Shown here piece by piece: positions 7,554-15,913 of a stretch of 31,257 nucleotides of DNA (positions are counted from its first letter, which is position 1; each line of letters begins with the position of its first letter). Origin of the DNA: a virus. Where the stretch lies: the UHGV virus genome UHGV-0008471; one strand, 5' to 3'. The position numbers were made by a program, and so were the translations under genes. The notes beneath the pieces were generated by a model. It made no database searches. It saw only the letters and a list, made by a program, of their open reading frames with translations, and was not told the origin of the DNA.

Positions 7554-7781
7554 TCATAATTCACTCTTCAATACTTCCAACTTACTAATCGCCGATAGAT
7601 ATCCGCGCTGATAGGGCATCATCATTCCTTCTAGCTTGCCACTTCTTAACTCCTCCCTGAGCAATTGTATTGCTTGATCAATAACCTCTGCCTTAGCGTC
7701 CTTTATGGCTTGCTTGCGGGGCTTTGCTTTCTGCTTTGGCAGATTTCTCAAGCATGATGGAATGTATGTCTGATTCATCAC
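7554..7781 (-). CDS. Small hypothetical protein (75 aa) directly downstream of N
   Basis: Start abuts the N stop (7781/7782); basic N-terminus; sits where Ral does in lambda/P22 but has no recognisable similarity. Confidence 0.5.
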   Translation of the reverse strand: MMNQTYIPSCLRNLPKQKAKPRKQAIKDAKAEVIDQAIQLLREELRSGKLEGMMMPYQRGYLSAISKLEVLKSEL

Positions 7782-8054
7782 TTACCTCGCCGTCAGTTGT
7801 TTTGATTTCCGGTAGCCTGCCGCGTAAATGGCTACGTTTGGCAGGCAAATACTTCCACTGCATTCATCTGCCTTCTTGCAGCGAAGGCTTCCGAGTGATG
7901 CTGCTTTATCTGCTCTGACGCAACCAGAGAGCTTTAGCGCAATTTTTCGTGCCAGTCGCTGCTCTTGCATTGCCTGTTCACGTTGAGCCTGTCTGCGTGC
8001 TCTGCGGCGATTTCTGGCGTTATCGTCAGCCAGATATGTAATGACTACTGTCAT
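7782..8054 (-). CDS. N: N-like transcription antitermination protein (P22 gene 24 type, 90 aa)
   Basis: Arginine-rich motif NARNRRRARRQAQ near the N-terminus and C-terminal GYRKSKQLTAR resembling P22 gp24 as recalled; GGAGG SD; nutL-like site upstream. Confidence 0.8.
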   Translation of the reverse strand: MTVVITYLADDNARNRRRARRQAQREQAMQEQRLARKIALKLSGCVRADKAASLGSLRCKKADECSGSICLPNVAIYAAGYRKSKQLTAR

Positions 8055-8161
8055 GTTGACCTCCGATGATTGACTTTGGCGGTGACGCGCCGGGTGCTTA
8101 TCTTCCGGTTGCCGTCGTGCAGCTGCACTTCACGTCACCCCAAAGCCAACTACTCTTTGGT

Positions 8162-8203
8162 TCCCGCATTTCGGCGGGACAATCCCATCAATGTTAAAGA
8201 GCC
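8162..8203 (-). promoter_or_regulatory. nutL-like site (boxA plus boxB hairpin)
   Basis: Minus strand reads GCTCTTTAACA (boxA-like), then a spacer, then hairpin UCCCGC-CGAAAU-GCGGGA; the same boxB occurs at nutR. Confidence 0.7.
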
Positions 8204-8241
8204 TGCCAATCTGTTCCGTTTGGCTACCAGCGTCCTGCTGA

Positions 8242-8340
8242 TGGCTTAAATTTAAGATCTCTTTAATTAATGGTCAAGAGTATTTTTGAAGAAAACTTAA
8301 ATTTTCTTTCGTAACTTAAGTTTGGCTTTGATTTTTAAAG
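8242..8340 (-). promoter_or_regulatory. pL promoter with OL operators
   Basis: Minus strand TTGACC (8272-8277), 17-bp spacer, TAAATT (8249-8254); overlapping dyad-symmetric operator-like sites (ATTTAAGATCTCTTTAAT, ACTTAAATTTTCTTTCG). Confidence 0.6.
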
Positions 8341-8343
8341 GAA

Positions 8344-8367
8344 ATAAAAAAAGGGGCGAATGCCCCC
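8344..8367 (-). terminator. Terminator downstream of the repressor gene
   Basis: Minus RNA GGGGC-AUUC-GCCCC followed by UUUUUUUAUUU, immediately after the repressor stop. Confidence 0.6.
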
Positions 8368-9018
8368 TTATGGAAGGTTTGCTAGTTTTGCATCGACAAC
8401 TACGCCGATGATTTTGCAGTTTCCGTTGATCTCGATCATCGGATATTGTGGGTTAAGTGGTTTTAGAAACTTCCTGCCTGCATCAATAACTAACTTCTTG
8501 AAAGTTGCCTCGTTTTCTCCTTCGAGCTTTGCAACTACCAGTTTCCCGTTACGCGGCTCTACTTCAGGATCGACGAGTATTATCATTCCTTCAGGGATAC
8601 TGAGACCGGCCGGAGCCGTCATTGAGTCTCCCTTCACGTCCAACCAAAACGAATCTTCTGAACAGTCTACGGTTGTATCGTACCAGTTATCTATTGCACG
8701 CTTATGATATGGTTCTACAGCTTCCATCCAGCATCCTGCGCTCACCCAGCTAATCAGAGGGTATGACCCTCTTGGATCATGCCTACTGTGATAGGCAATG
8801 TTTGAAAGACTTTCCTCTCCTTTCATCAGATAGTCAGGGGAACACTTCAACGCATTAGCCAGGGCGAGAAGATTCTCTCCATTTGGCTCTGTCTCAGAGC
8901 GTTCCCACTGAGATATGGCAACATTAGACACGCCGACCATCTTTCCAAGTGCGGCCTGCCTGATCTTGAGTTCTTTTCTCCGAGCGCGAATGCGCTCTCC
9001 CATCAATTGAGTTTTCAT
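8368..9018 (-). CDS. cI: CI-type repressor, P22 C2-like (HTH plus S24 LexA-like autopeptidase, 216 aa)
   Basis: N-terminal HTH (QAALGKMVGVSNVAISQWER) and C-terminal S24 peptidase domain (GDSM...K); very close to P22 C2 as recalled. Confidence 0.9.
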   Translation of the reverse strand: MKTQLMGERIRARRKELKIRQAALGKMVGVSNVAISQWERSETEPNGENLLALANALKCSPDYLMKGEESLSNIAYHSRHDPRGSYPLISWVSAGCWMEAVEPYHKRAIDNWYDTTVDCSEDSFWLDVKGDSMTAPAGLSIPEGMIILVDPEVEPRNGKLVVAKLEGENEATFKKLVIDAGRKFLKPLNPQYPMIEINGNCKIIGVVVDAKLANLP

Positions 9019-9098
9019 AGTTAAGACATCTTAAATAAACTTGACTTAAGATTCCTTTAGTGGATAATTTAAGTGTTCTTTAATTTCGGAGCGAGTCT
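9019..9098. promoter_or_regulatory. OR operator / pR-pRM divergent promoter region
   Basis: TTGACT (9041-9046), 16-bp spacer, GATAAT (9063-9068); operator ATTTAAGTGTTCTTTAAT (9067-9084) matches the P22 OR1 sequence as I recall it; two further half-site-related dyads upstream. Confidence 0.7.
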
Positions 9099-9284
9099 AT
9101 GTACAAGAAAGATGTTATCGACCACTTCGGAACCCAGCGTGCTGTAGCTAAAGCGTTAGGCATTAGCGACGCAGCAGTCTCTCAGTGGAAGGAAGTCATC
9201 CCAGAGAAAGACGCCTATCGACTGGAAGTCGTTACAGCTGGCGCCCTGAAGTATCAAGAAAGCGCTTACCGCAAAGCGGCATAA
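9099..9284 (+). CDS. cro: Cro repressor (61 aa)
   Basis: First rightward gene after OR; small HTH protein (GTQRAVAKALGISDAAVSQW); GGAG SD. Confidence 0.85.
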   Translation: MYKKDVIDHFGTQRAVAKALGISDAAVSQWKEVIPEKDAYRLEVVTAGALKYQESAYRKAA

Positions 9285-9290
9285 GCAAAT

Positions 9291-9335
9291 TGCTCTTTAA
9301 CAGTCATGGTCCTCATTCCCGCCGAAATGCGGGAA
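9291..9335 (+). promoter_or_regulatory. nutR-like site (boxA TGCTCTTTAACA plus boxB hairpin)
   Basis: boxA at 9291-9302; boxB hairpin TTCCCGC-CGAAAT-GCGGGAA at 9316-9335. Confidence 0.7.
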
Positions 9336-9392
9336 TACAACGCGCATAAGTTGATGCGCATAATTTCTTATTTGTTAAGGAAATACTTACAT

Positions 9393-9671
9393 ATGGAACT
9401 TACAAGTGCTCGCAAGAAAGCGAATGCAATTACAAGCAACATCCTGAATCGAATTGCTGTACGTGGTCAGCGAAAGGTTGCCGACGCGTTAGGGATTAAT
9501 GAATCGCAAATTTCGCGATGGAAAGACAGCTTCATCCCAAAAATGGGAATGCTTCTGGCTGTTCTTGAATGGGGTGTTGAAGACGAGGAGTTGGCGGAAC
9601 TGGCTAAGAAAGTAGCCAGAATGCTGACAAAAGAAAAAGCCCCGAAGAACGGCGAATTCTTCGAGGCCTGA
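9393..9671 (+). CDS. cII: CII-like transcriptional activator (P22 C1 type, 92 aa from ATG at 9393)
   Basis: [44 protein letters not shown] resembles P22 C1 as recalled; the upstream in-frame extension in the ORF track is probably not translated. Confidence 0.75.
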   Translation: MELTSARKKANAITSNILNRIAVRGQRKVADALGINESQISRWKDSFIPKMGMLLAVLEWGVEDEELAELAKKVARMLTKEKAPKNGEFFEA

Positions 9672-9705
9672 TGTAGAAAGACTGGATCAATCCACAGGAG
9701 TAATT

Positions 9706-9852
9706 ATGACAAAACAACTCAGTCCTTACCAGGACAAAATTCACAAACACATACTACGTGATCGCTTCCTGTCCAGCTTCAAGCAGCCTGGTCGATTCCG
9801 GGCTGAGTTGGAAAAAGTGAAGCTGATGCAGAAGGAGAAAGGTCATGAGTAA
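9706..9852 (+). CDS. Small hypothetical protein (48 aa) between cII-like and O-like genes
   Basis: Hand translation [48 protein letters not shown]; AGGAG SD; stop overlaps the O-like start. Confidence 0.5.
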   Translation: MTKQLSPYQDKIHKHILRDRFLSSFKQPGRFRAELEKVKLMQKEKGHE

Positions 9853-10744
9853 CATATCTAATCTAGCCGAAGCCAGAGAGGCCAGAAGGCTACAACAACC
9901 GCATCAAAGCAGCGGTAAGGGGTATGCCTTGCTGCACCGTAAAATTATGGATGTGCCGTTTTACAAGGACGCAGAAGCTGCGCATCTGTGGGTTCACTTA
10001 ATCCTCAAAGCAAAGCATACGCCTGAGTATGTAATGACTGACGCAGGAGAAATTCTGGTAGGCAGAGGGAAGCTACTTGGCGGTAGAAACTCTCTGGCGT
10101 TTGAAACAGGACTCAAACCAGATCGCGTTCAGTACCTGCTTAGAAAGTTCAAAAAACTCGGCATGATTGACTGGGTTTCACACGGTAAATTCTCAGTTTT
10201 CTCGGTAGAGAAATATGACGATTATCAGTCAAATTTTGTACCAGCAGATTACCAGCAAATTACCACCTCAAAGCCAGCAATACCAATGCCTGCAAGCAAT
10301 ACTGTACCAGCAGATTACCAGCAAATTACCACAGATAAAGAATATAATAATATTATCTCTAATACTGACGTATTAGAGAGTACCGCAGCAGACAAAAAGT
10401 CTGACAAGAAAAAACCTTCCGTTAGCTGTCAGGATGTTGTCGATGCTTACCACGAAATCCTTCCTGAAGCGCCAAAAATCCGCGCACTGAATGATAAGCG
10501 TAAAAACCAGATCCGAACGTTCTGGCGCAAAGCCGGAGTGATAACCCGCCAGCTTGACGGGCATGGGTTCACGATGCAGGACTGGAGAAATTATTTGAGC
10601 TACGTAGGCGAAAATTGCCGATGGATGTTCGAAGAGCGCCCAAACCATCAACGCGGAACCGTCTGGCACAAAAAGGGATTTGATTTCCTGCTTAACGATA
10701 ATACCTACCTGAAAGTTCGTGAGGGTGAACACGATGACCGATAA
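9845..10744 (+). CDS. O: Replication initiation protein (lambda O / P22 gp18 type, 299 aa)
   Basis: Position after cII; contains intragenic origin iterons reflected in a duplicated peptide ([10 protein letters not shown]); basic C-terminus. Confidence 0.75.
   Translation: MSNISNLAEAREARRLQQPHQSSGKGYALLHRKIMDVPFYKDAEAAHLWVHLILKAKHTPEYVMTDAGEILVGRGKLLGGRNSLAFETGLKPDRVQYLLRKFKKLGMIDWVSHGKFSVFSVEKYDDYQSNFVPADYQQITTSKPAIPMPASNTVPADYQQITTDKEYNNIISNTDVLESTAADKKSDKKKPSVSCQDVVDAYHEILPEAPKIRALNDKRKNQIRTFWRKAGVITRQLDGHGFTMQDWRNYLSYVGENCRWMFEERPNHQRGTVWHKKGFDFLLNDNTYLKVREGEHDDR
10238..10332 (+). repeat. Origin iterons: two perfect 29-bp direct repeats inside the O-like gene
   Basis: GTACCAGCAGATTACCAGCAAATTACCAC at 10238-10266 and 10304-10332, each with two ATTACCA sub-motifs; an AT-rich stretch follows (about 10333-10375). 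Confidence 0.75.
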
Positions 10745-12170
10745 TTTTTATGCGCCGCCCCATAGCATCGAGGCAGAGCAGGCGGTGATTGGTGGATTGC
10801 TTCTGGATGATGACAGCAGTGAGCGCGTCCAGAAAGTTCTGGCGATGCTGAAGCCTGATTCATTTTACAGCCGATCACACAAAATCCTTTTCGAAGAAAT
10901 AACCAGAATGCACCGGGAGCAAAAGCCAGTAGATGGCCTGACGCTTTTCGATGAACTGGAGCGTAAATCGTTAACGGCGTCTGTTGGCGGTTTTGCTTAT
11001 ATCGCTGAGATCGCAAAGAACACGCCGAGCGCCGCAAACATCGTTGCCTATGCAATGCAGGTTCGCGAAACCGCAATGGAACGCTACGCCATCAACCGCA
11101 TGACTGAAGCGACGGAATTGCTCTATTCCCGCAACGGAATGACTGCGACGCAGAAGTACGAAGCTATTCAGGCGATTTTCACGCAACTGACAGACCATGC
11201 AAAAACCGGATCGCGTCGCGGCCTTCGCTCATTTGGCGAGGTCATGGAAGACTGGGTTAGCGACCTTGAGAAGCGATTTGACCCATCAGGCGAACAACGG
11301 GGAATGAGCACAGGGATCCCATCGCTGGACAGGATGCTGTCACCGAAAGGTCTGGTGAAAGGCTCTCTGTTTGTCATTGGCGCTCGCCCTAAGATGGGGA
11401 AAACGACGCTATACAGCCAGATGGCAATCAACTGCGCAGTGCATGAGAAAAAGCCCGCTCTGATGTTCAGCCTTGAAATGCCCGGTGACCAGATACTGGA
11501 AAAACTGGTAGGACAGAAGTCAGGTGTTAACCCGAATATTTTTTACCTTCCGGCGACAAATGACGCTGATGACGGCTATCAGGGTGATTACGATGGTGAC
11601 TTCAACAGGGCGATCGAAACAGCCAATCGCTTGAGTGAAATCGACCTGCTTTACATCGACGACACGCCGGGATTATCTCTGGCTCAAATCGTCAGCGAAA
11701 GCCGTCGAATCAAGCGAGAAAAAGGATGTGTTGGCATGATTCTGGTCGATTACCTGACACTAATGACCGCTGAAAAGGCCGATCGCAACGACCTTGCTTA
11801 CGGCATGATCACCAAAGGACTGAAGAACCTTGCCAAAGAGCTTGATTGCGTTGTTGTGCTTCTGACACAGCTTAACCGCGCACTGGAAAGCCGAACCAAT
11901 AAACGCCCATTACCAAGTGACTCACGAGATACAGGGCAGATTGAACAGGATTGCGATTATTGGGTGGGGATCCATCGTGAAGGTGCTTTTGATGACAGCG
12001 TTCCTCCTGGTGAAACCGAACTAATCCTTCGCCTCAATCGTCATGGCAATACCGGCACGGTGTATTGCATTCAGGCAAATGGCGCTATTTATGACACAGA
12101 CCAACAGTCTGCTGAAATGCGCCGACGTGAACGCGAGGAACCGCAGTCCAAGAAGAAAGGAGGATTCTGA
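10734..12170 (+). CDS. DnaB-family replicative helicase (P22 gp12 type, about 478 aa)
   Basis: DnaB N-terminal domain (SIEAEQAVIGGLLLD) and Walker A GARPKMGKTT; ATG at 10734 overlaps the O-like stop. Confidence 0.85.
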   Translation: MTDNFYAPPHSIEAEQAVIGGLLLDDDSSERVQKVLAMLKPDSFYSRSHKILFEEITRMHREQKPVDGLTLFDELERKSLTASVGGFAYIAEIAKNTPSAANIVAYAMQVRETAMERYAINRMTEATELLYSRNGMTATQKYEAIQAIFTQLTDHAKTGSRRGLRSFGEVMEDWVSDLEKRFDPSGEQRGMSTGIPSLDRMLSPKGLVKGSLFVIGARPKMGKTTLYSQMAINCAVHEKKPALMFSLEMPGDQILEKLVGQKSGVNPNIFYLPATNDADDGYQGDYDGDFNRAIETANRLSEIDLLYIDDTPGLSLAQIVSESRRIKREKGCVGMILVDYLTLMTAEKADRNDLAYGMITKGLKNLAKELDCVVVLLTQLNRALESRTNKRPLPSDSRDTGQIEQDCDYWVGIHREGAFDDSVPPGETELILRLNRHGNTGTVYCIQANGAIYDTDQQSAEMRRREREEPQSKKKGGF

Positions 12171-12439
12171 TGAATAAAAAACAATTAGCCATTCTCGAAA
12201 AGGCATGGGATGCACAAATATCATGCGCTTTGAAAGAACAGGCACTACCAATAATCCAGACCAAATCGAAAATAGCCAGGCAGTTATGCGATGACGGATT
12301 CCTGAACGAAGTTGAGATTACGCGCCAGATGGTAACGTTCAAAGGGTATGAGATAAATCATCATGGTATAGCGGCGTATTGCTCCCATCTTCCTGATGAC
12401 GTTGACATTGATGAAATGGAAAGGGAGATGAAGCAATGA
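12170..12439 (+). CDS. Hypothetical nin-region protein (89 aa)
   Basis: ORF starts at the helicase stop; no family recognised. Confidence 0.45.
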   Translation: MNKKQLAILEKAWDAQISCALKEQALPIIQTKSKIARQLCDDGFLNEVEITRQMVTFKGYEINHHGIAAYCSHLPDDVDIDEMEREMKQ

Positions 12440-12540
12440 CCATCTACATCACTGAGCTGATAGCAGGGTTATCGTTACTAATGGTTCTTACTGTATATAT
12501 TATTAAGTATATTCTTTATGCGAATAAAAAAACTAATTGA
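12436..12540 (+). CDS. Possible short hydrophobic peptide (34 aa)
   Basis: ATGA overlap with the upstream stop; MTIYITELIAGLSLLMVLTVYIIKYILYANKKTN; overlaps the start of the HNH gene, so may be spurious. Confidence 0.2.
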   Translation: MTIYITELIAGLSLLMVLTVYIIKYILYANKKTN

Positions 12541-13129
12541 TCACGATGAGCTTCTGTCAACATTATCATATGACTCAGAAACAGGAATATTTAAATGGCT
12601 AAAAACAAATTCAGTAGTAAGAGTAAAAGGTAGTATTGCTGGAGGTGTTAGTGGTGGTTATATATGCATTAGCATAAATAATGTTTTGTATTATGCGCAT
12701 AGACTTGCTTGGTTCTATGTATACAAAAAATGGCCTCCTAAGTTTATTGATCATGTAAATGGGAACAGACTTGACAATAGGATTTCAAATCTAAGACTGG
12801 CAACAGAGGAGCAGAATGCAAGAAACATTGTAGGGAATAGGTTAAACACATCCGGTGCGATTGGAGTGTCTTGGGATAAGACAACTGGCAGGTGGAAGTC
12901 TTATGTTGGTTATAAAAATAAGACAATATCGTTAGGGTATTTCGATAGCAAAGAAGATGCAGCATTCATAGCAGCACTAGCAAGAAAGAAACTATATGGA
13001 ACTTATGCGAGTAAAGCACTTAATTGCGAGCATGAGCTTTTATCTCAATTTAATAATGATGAGGATAAACTTGCGGAATATCTTAAGGAAAAATCTAAAA
13101 GGACTCGAAAGCGTGTTAAAAAAAGATAA
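12518..13129 (+). CDS. HNH homing endonuclease with AP2-type DNA-binding domain (203 aa)
   Basis: HNH motif IDHVNGNRLDNRISNLR and AP2-like GVSWDKTTGRWKSYVGYKNKTISLGYF; markedly AT-rich; followed by its own terminator. Confidence 0.8.
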   Translation: MRIKKLIDHDELLSTLSYDSETGIFKWLKTNSVVRVKGSIAGGVSGGYICISINNVLYYAHRLAWFYVYKKWPPKFIDHVNGNRLDNRISNLRLATEEQNARNIVGNRLNTSGAIGVSWDKTTGRWKSYVGYKNKTISLGYFDSKEDAAFIAALARKKLYGTYASKALNCEHELLSQFNNDEDKLAEYLKEKSKRTRKRVKKR

Positions 13130-13130
13130 A

Positions 13131-13160
13131 GGCCTGCTGGTAATCGCAGGCCTTTTTATT
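13131..13160 (+). terminator. Rho-independent terminator after the HNH gene
   Basis: GGCCTGC-tggtaatc-GCAGGCC followed by TTTTTATTTG. Confidence 0.7.
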
Positions 13161-13177
13161 TGGGGGAGAGGGAAGTC

Positions 13178-13618
13178 ATGAAAAAACTGACCTTTGAAAT
13201 TCGATCTCCAGCACATCAGCAAAACGCTATTCACGCAGTACAGCAAATCCTTCCAGACCCAACCAAACCAATCGTAGTAACCATTCAGGAACGTAACCGC
13301 AGCTTAGACCAAAATCGGAAACTTTGGGCTTGCCTTGGTGACGTCTCTCGCCAGGTTGAATGGCATGGTCGCTGGCTGGATGCAGAAAGCTGGAAGTGTG
13401 TGTTTACCGCAGCATTAAAGCAGCAGGACGTTGTTCCTAACCTTGCCGGGAATGGCTTTGTGGTAATAGGCCAGTCAACCAGCAGGATGCGTGTAGGCGA
13501 ATTTGCGGAGCTATTAGAGCTTATACAGGCATTCGGTACAGAGCGTGGCGTTAAGTGGTCAGACGAAGCGCGACTGGCTCTGGAGTGGAAAGCGCGATGG
13601 GGAGACAGGGCGGCATGA
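13178..13618 (+). CDS. ninB: NinB (146 aa)
   Basis: [51 protein letters not shown] matches lambda NinB as recalled. Confidence 0.85.
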   Translation: MKKLTFEIRSPAHQQNAIHAVQQILPDPTKPIVVTIQERNRSLDQNRKLWACLGDVSRQVEWHGRWLDAESWKCVFTAALKQQDVVPNLAGNGFVVIGQSTSRMRVGEFAELLELIQAFGTERGVKWSDEARLALEWKARWGDRAA

Positions 13619-13791
13619 GACGACAGCGACGAAGTATCACCGACATCATCTGTGAAAACTGCCAATACCTTCCAACGAAACACTCCAGAAATAAACGCAA
13701 GCCAATCCCAAAAGAATCTGACGTAAAAACCTTCAACTACACGGCTCACCTGTGGGATATCCGGTGGCTAAGACATCGTGCGAGGAAATAA
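13615..13791 (+). CDS. NinD/NinE-family small Cys-containing protein (58 aa)
   Basis: [58 protein letters not shown]; ATG overlaps the ninB stop; unsure whether this is the D or E family. Confidence 0.65.
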   Translation: MRRQRRSITDIICENCQYLPTKHSRNKRKPIPKESDVKTFNYTAHLWDIRWLRHRARK

Positions 13792-13793
13792 CA

Positions 13794-14195
13794 ATGCTTT
13801 TAATTCAACCTGGATTTGGCCTTAGCATCAAAAAAGGGCACATGTTTGGCGAGAAAGAGTCTCAACGAAAAATGGTGTCTATCCGGTTGCCATTTATCAG
13901 TATTTATTGGCTAAACAGGGAGGCAACAAATTATTGGTATACATGCGCCAGAGCAGCATTTAACGACCCTGACTGGTTTGTGAAAAACCACCACGCAGTT
14001 CGTCAGGCAAAGAGAAAGGCCAATACGACATACATGAAGGCGTATCGAAAAGCATGGAAAGAACACCGCGATCGATACCAGCAAGACATGGAAAAGCTTG
14101 AATCAGAAAACATGGAATTAAGACGAAAGCTTGGTGAAGCAAAACGAGATATTGATGCTTACAAGCGACTTTTTAATGGTGAAAGCCATGCTTAG
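13794..14195 (+). CDS. Hypothetical nin-region protein (about 133 aa; start uncertain)
   Basis: ORF-track 13752..14195; the first ATG after the upstream stop is at 13794; C-terminal coiled-coil (DMEKLESENMELRRKLGEAKRDIDAYKRL). Confidence 0.5.
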   Translation: MLLIQPGFGLSIKKGHMFGEKESQRKMVSIRLPFISIYWLNREATNYWYTCARAAFNDPDWFVKNHHAVRQAKRKANTTYMKAYRKAWKEHRDRYQQDMEKLESENMELRRKLGEAKRDIDAYKRLFNGESHA

Positions 14196-14364
14196 TCCAT
14201 CCCAATCCCTTCAATACCAGAAAGAAAGCGTCGAGCGAGCTTTAACGTGCGCTAACTGCGGTCAGAAGCTGCATGTGCTGGAAGTTCACGTGTGCTCCGA
14301 TTGCTGCGCAGAACTGATGAGCGATCCGAATAGCTCAATGTACGAGGAAGAAGACGATGAATGA
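14188..14364 (+). CDS. NinF-like small zinc-ribbon protein (58 aa)
   Basis: MLSPSQSLQYQKESVERALTCANCGQKLHVLEVHVCSDCCAELM; CxxC...C.DCC motif; acidic tail. Confidence 0.6.
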   Translation: MLSPSQSLQYQKESVERALTCANCGQKLHVLEVHVCSDCCAELMSDPNSSMYEEEDDE

Positions 14365-15079
14365 GTTAATGAATGGCAATGCCATCAAAATGACAAGCAT
14401 TGAAATTGCTGAGTTGGTTGGTAAGCGTCATGACAATGTGAAACGTACCATCGAAACGCTGGCTAAAAATGGTGTTATCCGGCTTCCTCAAATTGAGGTT
14501 TCCGGAAGAATCAATAACTTAGGGTTCAATGTTCAGTACGAGCATTACGTCTTCGAAGGCGAACAAGGTAAGCGAGACAGTATTGTCGTTGTTGCCCAGT
14601 TGTCGCCGGAATTCACCGCTCGCCTTGTTGACCGTTGGCGAGAGCTTGAAGAATCTGCGGTTAATATCCCAAAAACGCTACCAGAAGCGTTGCGCCTTGC
14701 TGCTGACCTTGCTGAGCAGAAAATGCAACTGGAAAACCAGCTCGCAATTGCCGCACCTAAAGTTGAGTTTGCCGATCGCGTTGGCGAGGCCAGTGGAATT
14801 TTGATTGGAAACTTTGCAAAGGTTGTTGGAATTGGTCCAAACAAACTGTTTGCGTGGATGCGCGATCACAAAATCCTTATTGCTTCAGGTTCCCGGCGCA
14901 ATGTGCCAATGCAGGAATATATGGATCGCGGCTATTTCACAGTGAAAGAAACAGCAGTCAACACAAATCACGGAATACAGATATCGTTCACCACAAAAAT
15001 CACCGGGCGTGGTCAACAGTGGCTGACCAGAAAGCTGCTCGATAACGGAATGCTGAAAGTAACAGGGGAGGCTGCTTAA
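14357..15079 (+). CDS. Phage antirepressor (Rha/AntA-like N-terminal domain plus KilAC C-terminal domain, 240 aa)
   Basis: N-terminus TSIEIAELVGKRHDNVKRTIETL resembles the Rha/AntA motif; C-terminal half resembles the KilAC/ANT domain. Confidence 0.65.
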   Translation: MNELMNGNAIKMTSIEIAELVGKRHDNVKRTIETLAKNGVIRLPQIEVSGRINNLGFNVQYEHYVFEGEQGKRDSIVVVAQLSPEFTARLVDRWRELEESAVNIPKTLPEALRLAADLAEQKMQLENQLAIAAPKVEFADRVGEASGILIGNFAKVVGIGPNKLFAWMRDHKILIASGSRRNVPMQEYMDRGYFTVKETAVNTNHGIQISFTTKITGRGQQWLTRKLLDNGMLKVTGEAA

Positions 15080-15369
15080 TGGCTAACCTGCGCAAAGAAG
15101 CGCGCAACAGAGAATGCCAGGTACGTATTTACGGCGTATGCAATGGCAATCCTGAAACTACAGTTCTGGCACATTACCGGATGGCTGGAATTTGCGGAAC
15201 GGGAATGAAGCCTGACGACCTGATCGGCGCATGGGCTTGTAGTGACTGCCACGCGGAGATCGACCGACGCACCCATAACCTCGACAACAAAGACGCCAGA
15301 CTTTACCACCTCGAAGGCGTGATCAGGACGCAGGCGATACTGCTGAAGGAGGGGAAGATTAAGTCATGA
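15079..15369 (+). CDS. nin-region Cys-rich protein (DUF1364-like, 96 aa)
   Basis: Cys/His motif C...C...CSDCH typical of a small family found next to rusA in lambdoid phages, as recalled. Confidence 0.55.
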   Translation: MANLRKEARNRECQVRIYGVCNGNPETTVLAHYRMAGICGTGMKPDDLIGAWACSDCHAEIDRRTHNLDNKDARLYHLEGVIRTQAILLKEGKIKS

Positions 15370-15728
15370 ACGAATATCAGTTTGTGCTTCCATACCCGCC
15401 GTCGGTGAATACCTACTGGCGAAGACGGGGAAGCCAATACTACATCAGCGATAAAGGCCAGAAATACCGAAAAGACGTTCAGCAAATCATCCACCAACTC
15501 AAGTTAGATATTTTCACCAAATCACGACTCCGCATCAAAGTAATCGCAGACGTTCCAGACTCCCGCCGCCGCGACCTAGATAACATCCTGAAGGGTTTAC
15601 TCGACTCCCTTATCCATGCCGGATTTGCGGAAGACGACGAGCAATTCGATGACATTCGCGTAATTCGTGGTGTGAAAGTACCAGGCGGACGGCTTGGAAT
15701 AAAAATCACCGAACTGGAGAACGCATGA
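15366..15728 (+). CDS. rusA: RusA Holliday-junction resolvase (120 aa)
   Basis: LPYPPSVNTYWRRRG...RRRDLDNILKGLLDSL matches RusA hallmarks including catalytic Asp residues. Confidence 0.85.
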   Translation: MNEYQFVLPYPPSVNTYWRRRGSQYYISDKGQKYRKDVQQIIHQLKLDIFTKSRLRIKVIADVPDSRRRDLDNILKGLLDSLIHAGFAEDDEQFDDIRVIRGVKVPGGRLGIKITELENA

Positions 15729-15913
15729 ACGCCACAATTCAAACGATACCAGAGCTTCTTATCCAGACACGAGGCAATCAGACCGAAGTGGCGAGGATGC
15801 TTTCCTGCGCAAGAGGAACAGTGCTCAAGTACAACCGAGACAGCAAAGGCGAGCGTCATGTAATAGTTAACGGCGTCCTGATGGTCAAACAGGGCAAGAG
15901 GGGAAGACGATGA
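15725..15913 (+). CDS. ninH: NinH-like small DNA-binding protein (62 aa)
   Basis: GNQTEVARMLSCARGTVLKY resembles lambda NinH (Fis-like HTH) as recalled. Confidence 0.7.
   Translation: MNATIQTIPELLIQTRGNQTEVARMLSCARGTVLKYNRDSKGERHVIVNGVLMVKQGKRGRR

Noticed and set aside
9306-9392. N-terminal extension of the cII-like ORF (start at 9306)
   Set aside because: The extension spans the nutR boxB hairpin and has no homology; the ATG at 9393 gives the conserved MELTS... start.
10705-11076. 123-aa minus-strand ORF overlapping the O/helicase junction
   Set aside because: Antisense to two well-supported replication genes; Arg/Cys-rich translation.
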